Source: Candidatus Hadarchaeum sp. (GTDB taxonomy: Archaea > Hadarchaeota > Hadarchaeia > Hadarchaeales > Hadarchaeaceae). Taken from it: 21,326 bases of DNA. Below are positions 17,017 through 21,326 of the stretch, one piece after another (the first letter of the stretch is position 1; each line of letters starts with the position of its first letter). The stretch lies in the NCBI RefSeq assembly GCF_049969415.1, contig NZ_JBMFOX010000022.1, positions 1 to 21,326 on the forward strand, in the 5' to 3' direction. The translations under genes were made by a program, and so were the position numbers. Below the pieces are notes generated by a model. The model was not told the DNA's origin and did no database searches. It saw only the letters and a list, made by a program, of their open reading frames with translations.

Positions 17017-18603
17017 CTGAAGGATCCGATACGGCTTCGGATCTTTTTATCCATAATGTTTTTTCTAGCAGTTGCGCTGGCGCTGGCCTCCCCGGCAACC
17101 GCGGAAGGACTGAGCCGCCGGGAAATTCAGTTCACCATCGAGAGGGATTTGACGGTCATCTGGGGCGAGGTGGTTGACAGCGATACCGGAAGTCCGGTGG
17201 CGGGAGCCGCTGTCGTGGCCGCGATGGATTCCGGATTCAATTATGAGGTTCAAACCGATGTCAACGGTCGCTTTGTCATTGTAGTAACTGAAGACGGCGA
17301 TCATGATTATGTGCTGAGTTTTACTGCTATCGGTTATGATCCTAAGACCGTCAATGGTTCCATAAAGTTTGGTGAGAACCAGCACCTGACCATCGGGCTC
17401 AAGTATAATCCCTTCGACCTGCAGCTCTCGGAAAGCTACGGGACCATGAACCGAGGTTATACGGCCTATAGTTACACGGGCAGGCGTTTCGTTCCCTTCA
17501 CCGCCCAACGTACGGTGCCAGTTTTGGACGAGAGGGGCAATCCTGTCTACGACGTTGTTGAGGAAAGAGTTCTCACGGGCTATACTTGGGAGGAGCGGAT
17601 CACGGTCTATCAAACGGAGACTTACACCGTGCAGGTTTCAATCCCGGTTCCAAGGTACACAACTGTGAGATACGTTTCCGGGTGGAACTGGGTCAAAGTC
17701 GGCTGGATATATCTGCGCCTCCCTGTTTATTCGACGCGACAGGTTCTCAGCGGCTACTCGGTGAAGTACGTCACGCAGACGCTGACCAGACAGGTTCCCC
17801 ACGACGTCTGGGTGACAAGGTCTTCTACCACACGGCCAGATTTTCTCGACAACCCCGCCAGACTTCAGGACGGCAGTATAAGAAATGTGCGGGAGATTTA
17901 CACCGTCATCCTGAGACAGGTTCCGAGGACACGCGTCGAGACCTATACCGCCTACAGGATCTACGATTATGGCGGCACCTACTACACGTTCCTGCCCTGG
18001 AGCAGCAGGCAGACCACGGTGATCGTCACTCCGAAAAATGGTTATTCAGGAAGTGTTTTGCTCAGAGTGGAGTCAGGCGGCCTAGAGGCTTCATTGGGCG
18101 CCACCGAGTTGAAGCTCTCCTCTTCAACATCGACCACGCTGACAATGACTCCCAGATATGCCTCCACTCACGTGCTGACTCTGCGGGCCCTTGATCCCAG
18201 CGGTCGTTTGGTTAGGACCTGCAGCTACAGGCTAAATGCCATCGAGTCGCTGCCGAGCCCCGAGAGCTGGGAGAGATACGTATGGACGGCTTTGGAGCCC
18301 GATTACATACCCGCGACGATAGTTAGCACCAGAACTTACATCGAGGAGATAAACACGCAGACAAAAACCGAAGTCCCATCAGTTGAGTTGGACTTGTCTA
18401 TTTTAGACACATTTTCAGGCAAACTTGGCGGTCCAATATATGATGGTGGTACTTTTGGTGGACCAATGACTAGGTTTTGGACAGTAAATTATATGCAACC
18501 CGTTAGACCTGATGGGACGCTGAATTACGTTAATCAAAAGGCGTGGGAACTGGTTTATGATATGAAGATTCGTGCTCAACCCGAACCATATCCAATTAGT
18601 TAG
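17017..18603 (+). CDS. Secreted protein: signal peptide, carboxypeptidase-regulatory-like domain, Ig-like domain with long beta-rich insert, AT-rich C-terminal tail
   Basis: AGGAGG RBS 8 nt before in-frame CTG 17017 (ORF track starts at TTG 16933). Signal peptide ..FLAVALALASPATA, then G.VVD..TG.PV.GA.V..TD.NG.F..Y.L.F...GY. Confidence 0.8.
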   Translation: MKDPIRLRIFLSIMFFLAVALALASPATAEGLSRREIQFTIERDLTVIWGEVVDSDTGSPVAGAAVVAAMDSGFNYEVQTDVNGRFVIVVTEDGDHDYVLSFTAIGYDPKTVNGSIKFGENQHLTIGLKYNPFDLQLSESYGTMNRGYTAYSYTGRRFVPFTAQRTVPVLDERGNPVYDVVEERVLTGYTWEERITVYQTETYTVQVSIPVPRYTTVRYVSGWNWVKVGWIYLRLPVYSTRQVLSGYSVKYVTQTLTRQVPHDVWVTRSSTTRPDFLDNPARLQDGSIRNVREIYTVILRQVPRTRVETYTAYRIYDYGGTYYTFLPWSSRQTTVIVTPKNGYSGSVLLRVESGGLEASLGATELKLSSSTSTTLTMTPRYASTHVLTLRALDPSGRLVRTCSYRLNAIESLPSPESWERYVWTALEPDYIPATIVSTRTYIEEINTQTKTEVPSVELDLSILDTFSGKLGGPIYDGGTFGGPMTRFWTVNYMQPVRPDGTLNYVNQKAWELVYDMKIRAQPEPYPIS

Positions 18604-19432
18604 GATATAGCCATAACCACGTAGACGAACTATTTTCAATATGACGGCTATATTTTTCGACAATTTTGTATCCGCCGTTCGTTTTCGAAAAAAGCCTAGC
18701 TAAAAAATAGAAGTTCACAGGGAAATCTTGATCAGATAAAGTTTGATAAGATCCTAAACTTCGTAAAAAATTGTCGCCATAAGTTCGAATAGTAACTTTA
18801 TTTAATTGGTCCTTTGACGCAAAAGCAATAGTGGTTATCTGAAAGACTTCTCGAGGATACAGTTTATCAATTTTGTAATAAATTTTAGGGCCTAGTGAGG
18901 AATCTTCTACGCCTGAAAGTAACACATTTAAAGAAGCGGTTCTTTCTCCCACCAAACTATATACTTGATCTTGGTCCGCCTCTAAAATTAGGACGTTATC
19001 CTCGTCTAGGTAATACAGACTCCAAAAGGTTTTGGTAAATAGGGCGACATTTTCCACATTAGGACAGGGAAACCTCAGCGCAACATTTTCAATTGGCAGG
19101 TTGTTTTCGCTCCCCAAGTAGGTGAAGCTGGCCTCCATCTTGAAGGTCGCCATCTCTTCAGGGGTTAGATCCCAAGGAACGCCCGCCACGAGAGTCGTCC
19201 CAATCAATCCGACGGCCAAGACCGTGGGCACGGCAACGCACCACTTGTTGCCAGAGATCTTTCCCGCTAGGCCCGCGGCAAAGAACCAAGCCAGCCCCAC
19301 CGTTATTATCAAGGTCAACGGAGAGAACGGCCATCCCGCCAAGTTGAACATTAAGAGGACCAGCACAAAGACGGCGATCGAGGTCACAACGCCGGCCAGA
19401 AATCTCGACGGAAATTTTCCCATGCCATCCAC
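18596..19432 (-). CDS. Membrane protein with three N-terminal TM helices and a soluble C-terminal domain
   Basis: Three hydrophobic segments in the first ~85 aa; long open frame. Stop overlaps the convergent gene by 8 nt. Start may be one of the ATGs just downstream. Confidence 0.8.
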   Translation of the reverse strand: MDGMGKFPSRFLAGVVTSIAVFVLVLLMFNLAGWPFSPLTLIITVGLAWFFAAGLAGKISGNKWCVAVPTVLAVGLIGTTLVAGVPWDLTPEEMATFKMEASFTYLGSENNLPIENVALRFPCPNVENVALFTKTFWSLYYLDEDNVLILEADQDQVYSLVGERTASLNVLLSGVEDSSLGPKIYYKIDKLYPREVFQITTIAFASKDQLNKVTIRTYGDNFLRSLGSYQTLSDQDFPVNFYFLARLFSKTNGGYKIVEKYSRHIENSSSTWLWLYPN

Positions 19433-19531
19433 GCCTGTTTAGTATTTTGTCCTTAACACTTTTTTCTTTCAGAGCGAGAACTATAAAACTGATGAAAGGG
19501 GTAAGATAGATACACCGGGCACCTCCCCGGG

Positions 19532-20107
19532 GTGGTTTTCTTGGATCAGGAGTTCACTTTTCTGGACGAGAAGCAGCGCGAAAGGCTGAGCCGGCTCATG
19601 GCCTTCCACCTGCGCCACGACGCCACCATTGAGAGGACACCCGAGGGGTACGTGAGCGTCCAGAAGCTCGCCGACGTCATCCGCCGGAAGATAAACTGGG
19701 TCAAGCCGCACCACATCCGGGAGGTGGCCCTTTTTGACACCAAGGGCAGATACGAGCTCAACGGGCAGCTGATCCGGGCCCGCTACGGCCATTCGGTAGA
19801 CGTGAAGCTGGACTACCCCGAAGCGGACGTTGATGTCCTCTATTACGCCGTGGCCCCAGATTCAGTGCCGCAGGTGACCGCCGCGGGCCTAAAGCCGCAG
19901 GTCAGAAAGATGGTGCATCTCTCTCCCCGCGTTGACTGGGCGCTGGAAGCGGGCAGAATACGCGCCGAGAACCCCGTGGTGCTCGCCGTCGACGTGAGGC
20001 GGGCCAAGCAGCGGGGCATCAAAATCTTGAAGGCCTCGGACCGGGTTTATCTGGCCCCGGAGATCCCGCCCGAGTGCATCAAAGTGTTGGAGAAGGGTTC
20101 AGGTTGA
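19532..20107 (+). CDS. kptA: RNA 2'-phosphotransferase KptA/Tpt1
   Basis: S..M...LRH, D.KGRYE, IRARYGHS, GLKP..R.MVHLS, VYLA..IPP. Confidence 0.92.
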   Translation: MVFLDQEFTFLDEKQRERLSRLMAFHLRHDATIERTPEGYVSVQKLADVIRRKINWVKPHHIREVALFDTKGRYELNGQLIRARYGHSVDVKLDYPEADVDVLYYAVAPDSVPQVTAAGLKPQVRKMVHLSPRVDWALEAGRIRAENPVVLAVDVRRAKQRGIKILKASDRVYLAPEIPPECIKVLEKGSG

Positions 20108-20117
20108 TCGTTTTTTT
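20108..20117 (+). terminator. Oligo-T archaeal terminator candidate
   Basis: T7 run (20111-20117) 3 nt after the kptA stop, between convergent genes. Confidence 0.45.
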
Positions 20118-20165
20118 GGCATGCTCCCGATTTGAGAGCCGTTGATGAGAACCGATGACCGGGAG

Positions 20166-21281
20166 TCAGTTGTTCCAGATGAGCAGGCCCTCTCTGGTGA
20201 TTCCGAGCTTTTTCCTCGTCGGCGTGGTGCAGTACCTCCTGTTCACGATGACTAAGCTCTTGGCCCTGAGGCCGGCCCTCTCTGCCAACAGTCCCAGCGT
20301 CTGGCAAACCTCGACCGGGCCGCTGGAGAAACACCCGTCCGAGACCACGAGGCAGATGTTGGCCCCCATCTTGCAGACGCGCCGGATCTCCTTTATCACC
20401 GCAAACAGGTCCTGGAAGTAGCTCCAGCTTTCCTGCGGTTTGTCCCCGAGCAAATCGACAATTTCGGAGAAGTCTCCACTCTCCCCGCAGCCGATGAGAT
20501 CGTTAGGCCGCGGCCCCTCGAGACCCATGAGCCACTGCTCTATCCGGTAGGCGGAGAAGTACTCGGTTTTTCCGAGATAGGGCGGTGAGGTGATCACGGC
20601 GTCAACCCGGTCATCGGGAAGGTTCATCCTCCGAGCGTCGCAGAACTCGACGCCGACCCGTGAACTCTTCGCCCGGAACTTCTCGATGTCGCCGCACATT
20701 CTCCGCAGCTGTCTGCCCAGCTCGGGAAGCAGTGGAGGCACCAGTCGTTTCGCCACTTTTATCGCCGCCCCGTCCTTGTGCGCCCAGCTGCACCTCATCG
20801 CCGCTGTCGCCAGCCCGAGGAGCAGGAACTCCCGGGTTGCCTCATCCTTCAGTTCTAGAATCCTCTGCCGGACCGAGACGACTTCCTCGAGGATGGCCCT
20901 GGGGAAGACCCGGGCCACGAAGCCCGGGGCCTCGGCTTCCCGACCCGCAAACTCCTGTTTCAGGAAGTCAGCCACCTCCTCCTTCAACCTGACCGCATCG
21001 TAGTCGCGCAGCTTGACCCGCGCCGCGAGCAGGAGAACCGGGTGGACATCATAGCCGATGCAGTCAAGGCCCAGCTCCCGGCAGGCGAGCGGGGTGGTGC
21101 CTGTGCCGCAGAAGGGATCGAGGACTAGGTCACCCTCGGCGAGCCCCCAGGTGTCCGCGAGCAGCAGCACCAGCTCCCGGGAGAAGGATTCCTTCATCGT
21201 GAACCAGTTGTAGACGGGGCGATGGCGGTCGGGCAGGGGAGTGACCAGCTTCCCGAGCCAGAGCTTTTCTGAGATCTTCAA
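20166..21281 (-). CDS. Amino (N4-C/N6-A) nucleic-acid methyltransferase, motif I before motif IV
   Basis: VLDPFCGTGTT (SAM binding) and VITSPPY (catalytic; SPPY is typical of m4C enzymes). TTG start with GGAGG RBS. Confidence 0.85.
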   Translation of the reverse strand: MKISEKLWLGKLVTPLPDRHRPVYNWFTMKESFSRELVLLLADTWGLAEGDLVLDPFCGTGTTPLACRELGLDCIGYDVHPVLLLAARVKLRDYDAVRLKEEVADFLKQEFAGREAEAPGFVARVFPRAILEEVVSVRQRILELKDEATREFLLLGLATAAMRCSWAHKDGAAIKVAKRLVPPLLPELGRQLRRMCGDIEKFRAKSSRVGVEFCDARRMNLPDDRVDAVITSPPYLGKTEYFSAYRIEQWLMGLEGPRPNDLIGCGESGDFSEIVDLLGDKPQESWSYFQDLFAVIKEIRRVCKMGANICLVVSDGCFSSGPVEVCQTLGLLAERAGLRAKSLVIVNRRYCTTPTRKKLGITREGLLIWNN

Positions 21282-21326
21282 GAGCCTTCCTCCGCAATTT
21301 CCCCCTTCCAGAGCTGGCGGAGCTGC
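21278..21326 (-). CDS. Probable 3' end of an upstream gene (partial)
   Basis: Open frame QLRQLWKGEIAEEGS* whose TGA overlaps the methyltransferase TTG (TTGA coupling). Too short to identify. Confidence 0.4.
   Translation of the reverse strand, partial: QLRQLWKGEIAEEGS

Noticed and set aside
1-21326. CRISPR array or rRNA
   Set aside because: No regularly spaced repeats or rRNA-like sequence seen.

Overview
Archaeal chromosomal segment; tRNA style, TATA/BRE promoters, GGTGA-type RBSs and gene content point to an anaerobic archaeon (a Hadarchaeia-like lineage is only a guess). In order: a MEDS+PAS sensor protein running off the left edge (missing from the ORF track); tRNA-Cys divergent from a THUMP-less ThiI; a class III aminotransferase; a decayed 5' fragment of an RFC large-subunit gene; a trpEGDCBA operon lacking trpF; a larE-thi4-DUF6775-like operon; mtaB plus an MtaA-corrinoid fusion; tRNA-Ile; a convergent secreted/membrane protein pair whose 3' ends share one AT-rich block; kptA; and an orphan N4/N6 methyltransferase. 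Best candidate for a new system: the RBS-bearing AUG upstream of trpE opens a 8-codon ORF (MEDSLWPA*) whose CUU-UGG-C site resembles the prfB CUU-UGA-C +1 shift site, and a +1 slip there enters the trpE frame exactly. This suggests a Trp-starvation-sensing programmed frameshift, and the TrpE feedback motif is also altered (NPSSHM). All calls come from manual motif reading, with no database searches.
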